Shown here piece by piece: positions 43,807 through 56,725 of a DNA stretch of 64,000 nt. The position numbers and the translations under genes were made by a program. Under the pieces are notes generated by a model. It made no database searches and was not told the DNA's origin. It was given only the letters and a program-made list of their open reading frames with translations. The stretch spans positions 25,358,001 through 25,422,000 of the forward strand of contig OX597819.1 of assembly GCA_951406725.2 (NCBI GenBank). The letters are read 5' to 3'. Position 1 is the first letter of the stretch. The number at the start of each line of letters is the position of its first letter. The DNA comes from Octopus vulgaris. Lineage: Eukaryota.

Positions 43807-44196
43807 CTGTGGAGGCGCAATGGCCCAGTGGTTAGGGCAGCGGACTCGCGGTCATAGGATCGCGGTTTCGATTCCCAGACCGGGCGTTGTGAGTGTTTAT
43901 TGAGCGAAAACACCTAAAGCTCCACGAGGCTCCGGCAGGGATGGTGGTGATCCCTGCTGTACTCTTTCACCACAACTTTCTCTCACTCTTACTTCCTGTT
44001 TCTGTTGTACCTGTATTTCAAGGGACCGGCCTTGTCACTCTCTGTGTCACGATGAATATCCCCGAGAACTACGTTAAGGGTACACGTGTCTGTGGAGTGC
44101 TCAGCCACTTACACGTTAATTTCACGAGCAGGCTGTTCCGTTGATTCGGATCAACCGGAACCCTCGTCGTCGTAACCGACGGAGTGCTTCCAAAAA
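43807..44196 (+). mobile_element. SINE family B with 10-bp TSD
   Basis: TSD AATCTATACT at 43797-43806 and 44197-44206. Confidence 0.95.
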
Positions 44197-44224
44197 AATC
44201 TATACTATTATAAACTAAATATAC

Positions 44225-44630
44225 TTCTTTACCTTTTATTTAGTTCAGTAATTGGACTACCGTCTGATTCGTGTACCGCCTTGAAGGATTTTGTGGAGTA
44301 TATCGAACCTAGAATTTATTTTAAGTCTTGCGCTTACTCTATTAAATCGATTTGTTGAACCGCTAAGATAGAAGGACGAAAAAAACCCAACACTTTTTGT
44401 CAAGCGGAGAGAGTGACAAACACAAAGTTACACGCAGGCACACACAAACCCATATGAATCCATATATATACGACGGGCTTTCGCGCTGTTTCTGTATTCA
44501 AATTCATTCACAAGGTATTCGTTGGCCCACTGCTTTTGTAGAAAATACTCTTCCAAAGTGCCGCGCAGTTGAACTGAACCCAAAACCAAGTGGTTACGAA
44601 GTGAAAAGTTTAGTCAAAGAACCATGTTTA
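44225..44630 (-). mobile_element. SINE family A, strongly diverged
   Basis: Residual GAACCGCTAAG, GACGGGCTT and GAACTGAACCC blocks in family A order. Confidence 0.7.
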
Positions 44631-44879
44631 AATATACGTTTCTAAGCCTTACGTCGATAGAGGCAAACCTTTTGCATCAGACCACATACGTAATATCGTT
44701 CCACTTTTCAAGTTTATCCTTATCGAGATTTGCGATCTTTTTTTCTGAAACAATGAAGCATTTATACACAATGCTTCTATTGTTTCTTTGCCACATACGT
44801 TTTTCGCATATGTCACAAAATTTAATCGATATTTTTTGGGCTTTTTTTACTTGCTTTCCTTTTTACTGATCCATTGCTG

Positions 44880-45972
44880 CTATCTTTTCTCTTTCCACTA
44901 TGAATAATCTCTCCGTTTCACCCTCGTCTAATTGTTCTTCTCCTGAATCCTCCTCCTCTACTGATACAATGAATGTCCTCCTTCTGAAACGCCTCTTCGA
45001 GCTCCTTTTCAAGTTCCTTTTCGATCTTCTTGTCAACCACCATTTTATCTTCCTTCCTTCTGAATTCCTTCACAACCTCTTTCTCTACCGTTTCTTTCTT
45101 CTTTTTCTGCCTCTCTGGCGGAGGGCTTACTCTATCAATTCTCTTTCTCACTACCGTAAATTCTTCATCCGTTCTTGTCTCCTTTACCTCGACTTGTACC
45201 ACTTCGTCTGCACTCTCTTGCTTCTCAGTCTGTTCCATCTGTTATTCTCTCTGGGGGCACCTCGCCTTCATGTGACCTTTTTCTCCACATGTGAAGCCTA
45301 TGGGCGGTCTACCCTCCACCACCATTCGCAGCCTTACGTCCTCAGGCAGAACTATTTTCGCGATTCTGTTGAGGTCTTCTATACTCGCTTGAATGGCCCA
45401 ATAGTTCTTGTGGCCTTGAGAATCTTGGTCTCTTCCTCCATATTTAACATTATGACTGTTATCAGCCATGTTTATTTTATCTCTGGTGGCACGTTGCCAA
45501 TTCTAACCCGGTAGGTTGGCATTCCTCTGTTCTTATGGCTTCCCCCATCGCGAAACGCACCTCCACAGTGCCATACTTTCTTCCTCTGGTAATGAACGTG
45601 GTGAAGCTCTCGTTATGGCAGACCCTAAGTACATGCCAAGACTGAAGGGATATGGAGACGACGCTCACTGCTGGGAAAGGAAAGTTGACCCTGGGAAATT
45701 GCCAAAGTCTGTAAGTTATTATGAACTTATTCAAAAGTTTCAAATGGACATTTTTAGCACTAAAATCTTCCAAAGAGACATTAACCATTGTTTATTACAA
45801 GGATAAATGAAGTCGCCCGAATGTGAGGTCGAGTGGCTTTATTTCGGTTTTAATTTTTTCTTTTATTATTATTCCTCCTTTATACATCCGTTTTCTTGTC
45901 TTCACTTTTGTATTTTTGTCTGTCTTTGTATTGTCACTCTATGTTTATTCCCCTATGGGCATTAATGGAATC
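44880..45972. mobile_element. Tx1/L1-like ORF1 relic on the minus strand (~44880-45615) joined to a plus-strand segment ending in the LINE tail
   Basis: Minus strand: ITRGRKYGTVEVRF and VVEGRPPIGFTCGEKGHMKARCP (zinc knuckle). Plus-strand end: CTCTATGTTTATTCCCCTATGGGCATTAATGGAATC. Confidence 0.75.
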
Positions 45973-46019
45973 TACGTTGTTCTAAAGGTCAGTCAAAATT
46001 ATTAAGATGTATTTTTTGT

Positions 46020-46880
46020 TAATTGTTATGTCTTAAGACACTTGTTTTTGCTGCCTTATGGTAGTTTTGTTTGCGCTTTTCCCCCTTGTTTGAAGTGGGT
46101 AGCTCTGTTGTAAAATGAACTACGAAAACCTCAGTTCCTTGGAATTTACAACTTCTGAGGAAGATTTGCTGAGGGCAATTTCTGAAGTAGACAAAAAAGG
46201 AAAGAAGAGAATGAATTTTGCGGCTGTGGCTAAAAGCCACAACAAAGAAATTGAAGCAAAGGAACTTGGTAAATACAAGAATATGCTTCGTAGGGAGGTG
46301 TCCACCCCTAACAAGTAATACAGAAAACCAAAGAAAAAGTGATAATCTATAGAACTTACAGTATTAAAATCATGGAAGAGAATTAATTAGTACAAATCAA
46401 AGGCTTTAAAACCCATCTGGCAGGGAATTTCTGAGCTTGCCAGAGGAGAAAGTTTGGAACGATGGCGGTGCGGTTCCGAAATGAAGCTACTGCCAGGTTA
46501 CACTCGGCAACCCACTTAAAAATTGATGAAGTGGTACTTCTGCTCATATACTTTGGAAGGCGTTCTTCCATGGTAACGGTAGAAGACATAACCTCGAAAT
46601 AAATGTGGCCTGAATAGTAGCTGGTATACTACTGGGCATGGAAGAAAAAGATAGTGGTCCTCCAAGTCACCTGCACTGCACATAAAAATTGGCAAGGGCA
46701 GAGCCTGGATATGGTAATCCAGGAAGCCCTGGAAAATGTGGTTGAGACCATTACATTTTTCATGTTTTTCATTTTATTTTATTCCTCCTTTTTAAATCCA
46801 TTTTTTGTCCCTATTTTTTGTTTTTGTTCGTCTTTGTATTGTCCCTCTGTGTTTAGCTCCCTGTGGGCAATAAAGAAATC
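46020..46880 (+). mobile_element. Tx1/L1-like ORF1-only element (pseudogenised) with LINE tail
   Basis: ORF1 from 46115 (..NFAAVAK..RKFGTMAVRF..VVLLLIYFGRR..NWQGQSLDMVIQ), homologous to 54140-54900. It runs into a T-rich UTR and CCCTGTGGGCAATAAAGAAATC. Confidence 0.78.
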
Positions 46881-46917
46881 TACTTCACACGAACGAATAC
46901 TAGCACGCACGCACGCA

Positions 46918-46981
<64 letters not shown>

Positions 46982-48377
46982 AGTTTTTGGAACATAGGTT
47001 TGAAAATTAGAATTTTTATATTAAATGCCCAAAGTTATATTTAATTTGCAATATATTATTACTTGACCAAAAGTTTGGAACGTAGAGCTGAAAATAAGAA
47101 TTTTACATTAAACGCTCAAAGTTATATTTAGTCGGAGTGTATATTTGGTCGGGCATAACAATTTTTATTTTTAAAAAATGTTCTTAACTTTCGGCCACGA
47201 CTGCATATAGGCGTGTAGCTAAGTGTGTGATTAAATATGTTCATGTATATGCTTGTCATCGTTTGACGACGTGTATTCGTTTGTTTATGTACATATAACT
47301 TATCGGTTCGACTAAAAAATTCAAATAGATTTTATCAACTAGCACATTTAATACGGAGTCCCAGCATTGCCGAGGTACAATGACTGAAGCAAAAGTAAAA
47401 GAGAAAGCTAGAGGCTGAAAGTAAATCCAAACGACCTTTATTTAATATTAAATTTTCTGGTGATTGCTTCAGAACATTGCAATCGGAAGAGATAAAATGG
47501 CATAAGCAGATTAACACTGGATAAACACTTTGTTAGTTCTACTTTGTTAGTTCAGTATATTAGAATTTAGCGTTCAAATCCTACTATGTATGAATTTTTC
47601 TCTTTTTTTATAACTGTTCTAATAAGAACCACCCGTGGTTCCTATTGAGGGTGAATACAATAAACTGAGATATAATTCTCGGAGGATCCACTGCCTAGTT
47701 GCTCCAACAAATAACAGCGAAGTATTCCTCAAATGACAGTTACAGGACTGATAAAAAGAAAGGCCAAATGTTCCTAGATATATAATGCATGGCAGAAAGA
47801 AGATATAGAAATAGCTGGCACACCTTTCACAATAGGTTTGCCCCGTGGGGTTGTCCGTGGGTTAAACAATAGCAAAAACAACAATTTGTGGTCTTGTGAC
47901 CAAATTGATAAATCAATATTTGTCATTTTCGTGATGGAGAAATACACATCAACATTAAAAATCAATAAAGAGAACAAAGTACAAACTGAGATAAGCTCAT
48001 GATCCGGTATTTATTCCCAATGGAACAATTTATCATTTCACGTTCTTCACCTAATGCTTTTTAAAAGCATGCGCACCAGAAAATTCCATTCCATTCCCTA
48101 TTCACAAAAGTAACAAACGATTAAGAGAACGAATCATGCTTCATTGAATAATCTTATTTTATTTCGCAGGTCGATTTAAATAGAGAAGAAAATAACAAAC
48201 AAATGATAACTCTCCTCCTTCAAAACCGATTATATCTGAAATTTAAAGACAAAATTAATAATAGAAGCATTAATTCTCTCATTCGTTCAGTCTTTTATAC
48301 TTTTATTCTTTTATTCTTTCAATCACTCATTCATTTATCGTCGTTGGAAATTTAAGCATTTTAAACTATGAAGCTTC

Positions 48378-48811
48378 AGGTCAATTTCGTGTTTGTGTGA
48401 CATCACCGAAAATGGCAGACCGGATTCCTTGCGGTGCTTGTTTCATTTCTTTGTGTTCTGAGTCCAAACCCCACCACAGCCTTCTTTGATGGTAGAGTTA
48501 ATCTGTCGCCCGGTTTTAACACCTCCCACTTGGTACCTTGAGCGGCATTAGTAGCGGAATCCAGTTGCAAGCATTTAGGCCCGGTTTCTAGTTTCTAGGT
48601 CAATTTCGTATTTGTGTGGCATCACCGAAAATGGCGGACCGGGTTCCTTGCGGTGTTTGTTTCAGTTCTTTGTATTCTGAGCCCAAACCCCACCACAGCC
48701 TTCTTTGATGGTAGAGTTAATCTGTCGCCTGGTTTTAACACCTCCCACTTGGTACCTTGAGCGACTTTAGCGGAATCCAGTTGCAAGCATTTTGGCCCGG
48801 TTTCTAGTTTC
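48378..48811. repeat. Tandem duplication of a ~217-bp unit
   Basis: Units 48378-48596 and 48597-48811 start AGGTCAATTTCGT and end GGTTTCTAGTTTC. Confidence 0.93.
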
Positions 48812-49676
48812 AAGATATCTTCCACCTACCAGTCTAGAAACTCGTGTTAAAGATCTTGGGTACTGTTTTCCTTCGTAATCTTCATAACTTCCTTCGTAAC
48901 ATAAGTAATCGGAAGCAGAAAAACAGAACCATTGACTTTTTTAAGGGCTTACATGCTGGATTGTAGTCAGATCAAAAATCTTATCACATGCTGATGAGAC
49001 CTGCTACTGAGACCATGCAAACCTGTACTACCCTTTCCATGGTCGAGGGGTCGGCGACTAAATCGGCTTCCTCACTTAAGTAACTTGCTACTCTTGTGAG
49101 GAAAGATGTTCGGACACACAGCAGGATTAAAAAACAACATGTCGAAGAACGGATTAGCTCCTTGTAGACCAACGGCCATCCACCTAAGGAAAGTGAAGGG
49201 AAACGACCCTAATGTACCTATCCAGAAAACACTATGATAAAATAAGAACGAAGTAACGATGTAGCTTCATGCGATAGAACTCGCACTTAATCTGGAAGAC
49301 TTTTGTTTTAGTTCATCAACGCGCTGCGAAAGCGAACTATACATGGCAACGACGACATGGTGTGTGGAATGAAAGGAAGCTAATCCAGATGCTTAAAATA
49401 AAGGATAAAGTGGATTTCTCTAAATCTACCCAAGAACCTTGTGGTCGTGTTAAACCTTGTGATAGAGGAAGCCTACTACGAGGCTCTGTAAGAGTTACTT
49501 GCCTCAGTTTCATGTCAGATTCACTTGCCATGCAGTGGAGAAAAATAAGCATAACGACATAGTTGCGAAGTAAACTTGTTAACTATATTGCCAAGTAACT
49601 ATGTAGCCAAACCTTAATCCATCTGTAAATAAGCATGATGATAATGCGATCACATTGCACACACATACATATCTAC

Positions 49677-49728
<52 letters not shown>

Positions 49729-50112
49729 TTACACAGCTAAAATGGATGCTTTTGTTCCAAGGTTTCCTTACAAAGATTACTCTTCGTGCACTCCCATGGA
49801 AATTAAGAATACAAAATGCAATTTTATCTGCTATAGCAAATATCATACGGATAAAACAGTGCATCAAGTTTGATTACATGCCAAACACACACAACTGTTT
49901 CATGTAGGGATAGAAAAGTATGATTGTGCGGTTAAGTATTCTGTTTCGTAACCAAGAGTTTTCAGGTTCGGTACTAACTCGCTTCTGATTTCTATTATAA
50001 TCTCACGTTGACTGATAATTTGCAAGTGGAAGTTGTTAACTGTAAACTAAGCAGAAACCTATCGTATTCATATCATTACACAACGTGTGGTTGTATACTA
50101 TGTAAAAACGGT

Positions 50113-50449
50113 AAAGACCACCTTCGGTCATAAATGACCAGGGGATTTCACCCAGAAAGTTCCCCTCCAAGGCACAAGTGCGGGCAAGGTTATTTAAGGA
50201 ATACCAGCAGTCGCCCATGCATACCAGCCTCTCCTCTTCACACCACTGATGTTATCCAAGGGAAAGTCAAAGGCCGATGCAGCTTGGCACCAGTGACGTC
50301 GCAACTGATTTTAAGAGCTGAGTGAATTAGAGCAACGTGAAATAAAGTGTCTTTCTCAAGAACACAACACACAGCTCGGTCCGGGAATCGAACACAGTAC
50401 CTCATGTTTGTGAGCCAGACCGTCTAACCACTGAGCCATGCGCCTTCAC
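50113..50449 (-). mobile_element. tRNA-derived SINE with D-type body and a third tail type
   Basis: Head GTGAAGGCGCATGGCTCAGTGG..GTTCGATTCCC and TTTCACGTTGCTC core; the tail is unrelated to the B and D tails. Confidence 0.82.
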
Positions 50450-50641
50450 CGTAGTGTACGCAATTTGTCATAAGAAGCGTGTACATAGTACACACATCTA
50501 ATAACAGAAGCAGCTACAAATTAATGAAGTTCATTTCATAATGCCTTTTATATAATCCTGTATTACACTATACTCGACTAACGGTTTTTTCTGAAGCATC
50601 GGTATATTGAGTTCTAACACTACGTTATTTATATCGCTATG

Positions 50642-50720
<79 letters not shown>

Positions 50721-51048
50721 GCATTTGTGAATTCTTTCATTTTCATTACATGCATAAAGAAAAAGAAATGGGAAGAAAGTCAGAGACAAAGAAGACGTGT
50801 GAGGAGAAGGTTATAATATCAAACTAGCATTGCTTTTCTTAGTGAGTAGAGAGGAGGGCGCAGCAAATATGGATTGCATGTGAGTCTTATTCTGATTATA
50901 AAGATATTTGTAAGATTCTATCTTGCATTATATTAATAACTTTTCAGCGAAAAAGATGCAATTTATGGACTGGAAATTTTTATACTACGGGTAAACGTGT
51001 ACAGTATTTCGGGTAATATAAAACAAAGTCGATTACACATTCATGTAT

Positions 51049-51118
<70 letters not shown>

Positions 51119-51141
51119 TGATATTTACATGCATATATGCT

Positions 51142-51202
<61 letters not shown>

Positions 51203-51238
51203 TTATCTATCTAGCAATCTATCTATCTATCTATCTAC

Positions 51239-51285
<47 letters not shown>

Positions 51286-51636
51286 CTTGTATATATGTTA
51301 TATTCAAATGTACGTAGATAGTAATACAGGTTTGGGTGCATCTGATTTTTACTGTCTTCTTACAACGTGGTCAGATATTAAGCCTCATCTCTTTATATAA
51401 AGCAATAAATATGTGGAAATATATATTGTAAAAACAGGATGAGGGGCAGGTATTATTACAATCATCATCATCGTCGTCGTCGTCGTCGTCGTCATCATCA
51501 TTACAGCTGATATTGTACTGCAGTACCCGCAGTGATAACAATGCGACAATGTGATAATAAAGTTAACGATAGTATTAAAATAAAAATATTAGCAATACTA
51601 GAAAATTGATTATGGTAATATCAATAGTACCACATC

Positions 51637-51685
<49 letters not shown>

Positions 51686-51688
<3 letters not shown>

Positions 51689-51994
51689 CCCTTCTACTAT
51701 AGGTGCAAGGCCTGAAGTTGTTGGAGAGGGGACTAATCGATTACATCGACCCTTTTGTTCAACCGGTACTTAATTTATTTATTTCTACTCTAGGCACAAG
51801 GCCCGAAATATTTGAGGAGGGGGCTACTTGATTAGATTGACCCCAGTATGCAAGTGGTACTTGATTTTCCCGACCCCAAAAGGATGAAAGGCAAAGTCGA
51901 CCTCGGAGGAATTTGAACTCAGAACATGAAGACAAACGAAATGCCACTAAGCATTTCGCACGGTGTGCTAACGATTCGGCCAGTTCGTTACCTT
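51686..51994 (-). mobile_element. SINE family C variant with GGCCTTG(T/C)..AGTAGAA tail (tail duplicated) next to (AAT)n
   Basis: Family C core with a different 3' end, present twice. Confidence 0.8.
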
Positions 51995-52042
51995 GATAAT
52001 AATAGTGGTTTCAAATTTTGCCACAAGGGTAGCAATTAATAA

Positions 52043-52540
52043 ATGAAAGGCAAAGTCGAGCGAAATTTGAACTCAGACCGTAGCGACGGGCGAAATACCT
52101 ATTTCTTTACTACACATAAGGGGCTAAACACAGAGGGGACAAACAAGGACAGACAAACGGATTAAGTCGATTATATCGACCCCAGTGCGTAACTGGTACT
52201 TATTTAATCGACCCCGAATGGAAAAAAGGCAAAGTCGACCTCGGCGGAAATTTGAACTCAGGACGTAGCACCAGACGAAATACCTATTTCTATTTCTTTA
52301 TTACCCACAAGGGGCTAAACATAGAGGGGACAAACAAGGACAGACATAGGTATTAAGTCGATTACATGGAACCCAGTGCGTAACTGGTACTTAATTTATC
52401 GACCCCGAAAGGATGAAAGGCAAAGTCGACCTCGGCGGAATTTGAACTCACAACGTAACGGCAGCCGAAATACCGCTAAGCATTTCGCCCGACGTGCTAA
52501 CGATTTTGCCAGCTCGCCACCTTTGCCAGCTCGCCGCCTT
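52043..52540 (-). mobile_element. Array of three SINE family C units with identical junctions
   Basis: Junctions CGAAATACC|TATTTC at 52099/52100 and 52284/52285. Confidence 0.92.
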
Positions 52541-55066
52541 GAAGGAAACCGTTTACCCGAACTATCGAATGAATGCTGTGATACAAAACGATAAACCACG
52601 TGAGGAAGCCAAGGCCCAGGCCGAACCGCGCAAGCACAGTGACCAGGTATCGATGGTCAATGCTATCAAAAGCTTTAGACTGGTCCAAATGTACCAATGC
52701 CCCACTTTTGCCAGATTTATTACCAGCCCTCTCTATGGTATAGCGAATAAGGTAGAGATTATCCTGAATGGTTCTGCCTGGGATGGCACATGTCTGTGCC
52801 TCCCCGACTATACCATTCGTGACACGCGCCAACCATTTTGCTAAGACCTTGGCCAAAACCTTCACCTCTGCATTTAAACAGACTGATGCGCCTGAAGTTA
52901 TCTAAAACGTCCCCCTTGTCCGGGTCCTTTCTGACCAACGTCCCTACACCCCGGCGCACAGATCTGGAGATAAATCCATTCTGTTGCTAGTTCCCGTACA
53001 CGTCAGCCATTAGGTGCCCGAATAAGTCTGGCATACATTTATACAGCTCGTAGGGAAGACCATCAATTCCCGGCGACTTTCCCGCTTTACAGTCGGCCAT
53101 AGCCTCCATCACCCATCACCTCCACAGGCGTGATCGGCCCTTCTCAAGACTCCGCACCCGACCCTGAAAGGCACGTTAGCCCGGCAAGAAAGTCCTCGAG
53201 GAATCTTCTACCGTCAGGACCGCCATCACTCCCGAACAGCTGGGCGTAGTACTCCCGAAAGGCCTCACACATTTCCTCGGGTTCGTTTACCAAGACGCAA
53301 TTTTGATTCGTCAAAGACCGAATAGTGGAACTATTTCCTTACCGAGCTTCCACCACTCGGGCCCATCCAGCGGCCTTGATTCCTTCACTTCCCATCGCAT
53401 GTAACTTAGCTCTGGCAGCACTTCCCATGTGTTGGGCTTCAAGATACTGGTTCAATTCCAGTCTCTTCACCTTCACTTGGTCCGCATTACCAGTCCTCTA
53501 GGCTCCTTCTAGTTCCATAACTAGACCATCTCTTAATCTACGTCCCTTCTTAGCTGAACTTATGCTAAACCTAACAGACTCATATTTTAGGGCTCTTTTT
53601 AGGGCGTACCACCATTTGTTATTAATGATTGTACCTGTCAATGCCCTCTGTATTAATATCTCGATCCTATTTCTGTACTCCTCAATCGCCAAAAGGGACG
53701 CATTGAGTTTCTAGTAGCCAGATCCCTGTCTATGCAACTTATCTACTGTCAGCTTAGAGGTAACCATCTTTTGATCACTGTAGCCAACTAGATAAAACTG
53801 TGGACACTTAGCTATGGATTTAACTATCTTTCTAATTAAAACCCTATCTAGATATGTTCTGGAAGACCCGTCACTGTTTGACCAGGTCCACTGTGGAGTG
53901 TTCGGGATTTCCAACCTATATGGATCTGCTAGCTGAAAGTGACTTTGCAGATTCCGTTAGCCAGGGTTACATTTTCTATTCATGTTCGAGCCAGTACAAT
54001 CAGTGTGTGCGTCACAGATTGTGTTAAATCTCCTATCAGTACTAGCAAATGCGAAGTGGCCTGGAACTTGCCCAGTGTTTATTTATATGGCTCAGCTGGC
54101 CACACTAGAAACATCAGGGCTTACACCCCTCGACGAATACGTTAAGGAATTCCGCCCCAATTTCTATTTTCTTCGGCAACTGTTCTAAAATTGACTTTCT
54201 GTATTAGGAGGTGAACCGTTTGACCGGTCCGATAAGTCTTTTCTTTGACGGTAGCCTGAAGGAGTGTTATATTATCTTCCTTTTTAGCCAGGACTGCCGC
54301 CATCAACCACACAGGGTCGACTTGAGGTGGGATCCTTAGAACACGTATCTTTGACGTCGTCAATCCCATGTATATTGGAATTAAAACCACGTCCTCCGTT
54401 TCTAAAGATTTAACTGGGTGTATTTGTGCAGTTTCTATATCTTTTAGTCGTATTTCGATAGTACCAAACTTCTTCCCTCTGGCTAGATATGTGATATCCT
54501 TCCTGCCAGATGGGTTTCAAGCACTTCTCAATTTTCTCTTCGTTCGATTAATTTTTTCCCTTTTAGACAGTAAGATTTAAAAATAATTGTTTTTCTTTTT
54601 TCTAACATTAATAGTTTTTCCGGTGGTTGAACTTTCATAACACCGTCTTCAATTGTTATTATATCTTTGTACTTCATCAGGTCATTTTTGTTTGTCGACA
54701 GCTGGCGGGTTCCACCTTCAGCCGACGCAAGTATTATTTTTTGTTTATTTTCTTCTGTTTGAAGGCTTTCCACGTCAATATTCCTATTTGGGGAAATTCA
54801 ATTTCAGAAGAATCCGAAATATCGCCAAATATCAAACATTAAGTCTCTTTTGCATCCCTATCGGTTGACTTCTCTTCGCCAGACGAAGTTACACTTTTCG
54901 GCATCTTGCCAGCAATTAATGTTTTCCCCGCAGGGGAAAACACGATAGTTTTCGAACGAAAACTATCAAACAAGTAATTATAACAGGAAATAACACAAAA
55001 AACGGTCAATAGAAACTTGCACTTACTTGCACTCCAATAATAATTACCAATAAATCCAAACTCACA
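52541..55066 (-). mobile_element. Tx1/L1-clade LINE, pseudogenised: 5' UTR, ORF1, partial APE endonuclease and N-terminal half of RT
   Basis: ORF1 YLARGKKFGTIEIR..VLIPIYMG..FVEGCKP; APE WTWSNSDGSSRTYLDRVL..SDQKMV; RT GKSPGIDGLPYELY, DNFRRISL, KVLAKVLA..QTCAIPGRTIQDN..LDQSKAFDSIDH. Internal deletion between ORF1 and APE; RT is cut off by the SINE. Confidence 0.93.
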
Positions 55067-55078
55067 CAGACGAAATCT

Positions 55079-55310
55079 TATTTCTTTACTACCCACGAGG
55101 AGCTAAACACAGAGAGGACAAACAAGGACAGACAAACGGATCAAGTCGATTATATCGACTCCAGTGCGTAACTGGTACTTAATTTATTGACCCCGAAAGG
55201 ATGAAAGGCAAAGTCGACCTCGGCAGAATTTGAACTCAGAACGTAACGGCAGACGAAATATTGCTAAGCATTTCACCCGGCATGCTAACGATTCTGCCAG
55301 CTCACCACTT
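55079..55310 (-). mobile_element. SINE family C, full length
   Basis: Near-identical to 40846-41077, followed by (AAT)n at 55311-55517. Confidence 0.92.
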
Positions 55311-55337
55311 TAAATAATAATAATAATAATAATATTC

Positions 55338-55387
<50 letters not shown>

Positions 55388-55392
55388 TAATG

Positions 55393-55432
<40 letters not shown>

Positions 55433-55450
55433 TGATGATGATGATGATAA

Positions 55451-55518
<68 letters not shown>

Positions 55519-55521
55519 TTG

Positions 55522-55730
55522 AAGGTGGCGAGCTGCTGGCAGAATCGTCGCCATGCTGGGCAAAAGCTTAGCGGCATTTCGTCCGTCTTCATGCTCTGAG
55601 TTCAAATTTCGCTAGGATAGACTTTGATTTTCATCTTTTCGCGTCAATAAAATAAGGACCAGCTGAGCACTGGGAGTCAATGTAATCTAATTACCTCTCC
55701 TTCGAAATTGCTGGCTTTGTGCCAAAATTC
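55522..55730 (+). mobile_element. SINE family C variant, diverged
   Basis: Family C head and core with GGCTTTGTGCCAAAATT tail. Confidence 0.8.
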
Positions 55731-55803
55731 TCGGTGTACGGAAAACACTCGGCGAGAAACGGAAGAAAATTTAAAGAAAGAAGGAAATAATAATAATAAT
55801 AAT

Positions 55804-56352
55804 GATGCAGTACCAGGCAGTGGCTCTCATGGCTTCTGATCTTAACTGATTGGAAGTGTTATCATGTACATTGTTTTGTCTTGGTATAAAAGATGGGCTA
55901 CAGCAAATATTCTGCTCAATACCACAGATTTGCTTGTCAGTTGTTTGACCTTAACCAGTTGAGCATGTCCCTTAGTGGCTGACGATATGTGCATCTCTGA
56001 TCACGAGCAGAAGTAGGTGGGGAGCATCATAGCCATGTGTTGAGAAGGATTCTTTGGGGTTTGAATAATTCACCTCTGGAAACATGGTTGTTTCGTTCAA
56101 CGTCCTTAAACAACCCTTATTCAGGGACCTTTTGAGCGGGATGGGTTACTCGATCTGAAGAAAATTCTAACTGGGCTCCACCTGCAAGGTCATGTGCTGT
56201 TTATCTTGATATGAGATCACCATGTCGCGCACATATGGTTGTGATGCATGTGCCTGGTGTACCCTTATCAGACGGGTAGTCATGATGGGTATATTGGGCT
56301 TCGTATATTTTATCCCAGTGTCACTTTGATGACATGAACTGCTCTCTCACTC
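55804..56352. mobile_element. ~550-bp non-coding interspersed repeat (family E) inside (AAT)n
   Basis: Reverse complement of 57276-57776 and 58051-58605; (AAT)n on both sides. Confidence 0.9.
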
Positions 56353-56489
56353 AATAATAATAATAATAATAATAGAAGAAGAGGGAGAGGAATGAAGACT
56401 ATAGAAATAGTGGCGGAAGTTACAAAGACAAAAGAAAGAAGAAAAGAAAAACCACATGAGAAATTGGAATTAAGACAAAAATACGATAA

Positions 56490-56725
56490 AAATCCTTTCC
56501 AAGTCATATAGACTCACGGGGCCGGTTCCCCGGTTTCCGTGGTTTATATATATTGCCCACCTGGGCGGGAAGTAGGGCCATCACAGGATTACTCATCCTT
56601 GCCAACTGGAACAGCGTGAAATGAAGTTTTTTGCTCAAGAACACAACGCGTTGCCAGGTCCAGGAATCGAAACCAAGATCTTACGATAATGAGTCCTGCA
56701 CCGCTAATCAGTAAACCACGCGCAT
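56490..56725 (-). mobile_element. SINE family D, diverged
   Basis: Homology to 39645-39905. Confidence 0.8.

Noticed and set aside
48150-48300. Splice-acceptor-like TTTTATTTCGCAG|G
   Set aside because: No recognisable coding frame or donor site; a host exon cannot be supported without RNA-seq.
48970-49260. Possible RTE-like 5' UTR or ribozyme
   Set aside because: I could not build a complete hammerhead or HDV-like fold by eye.
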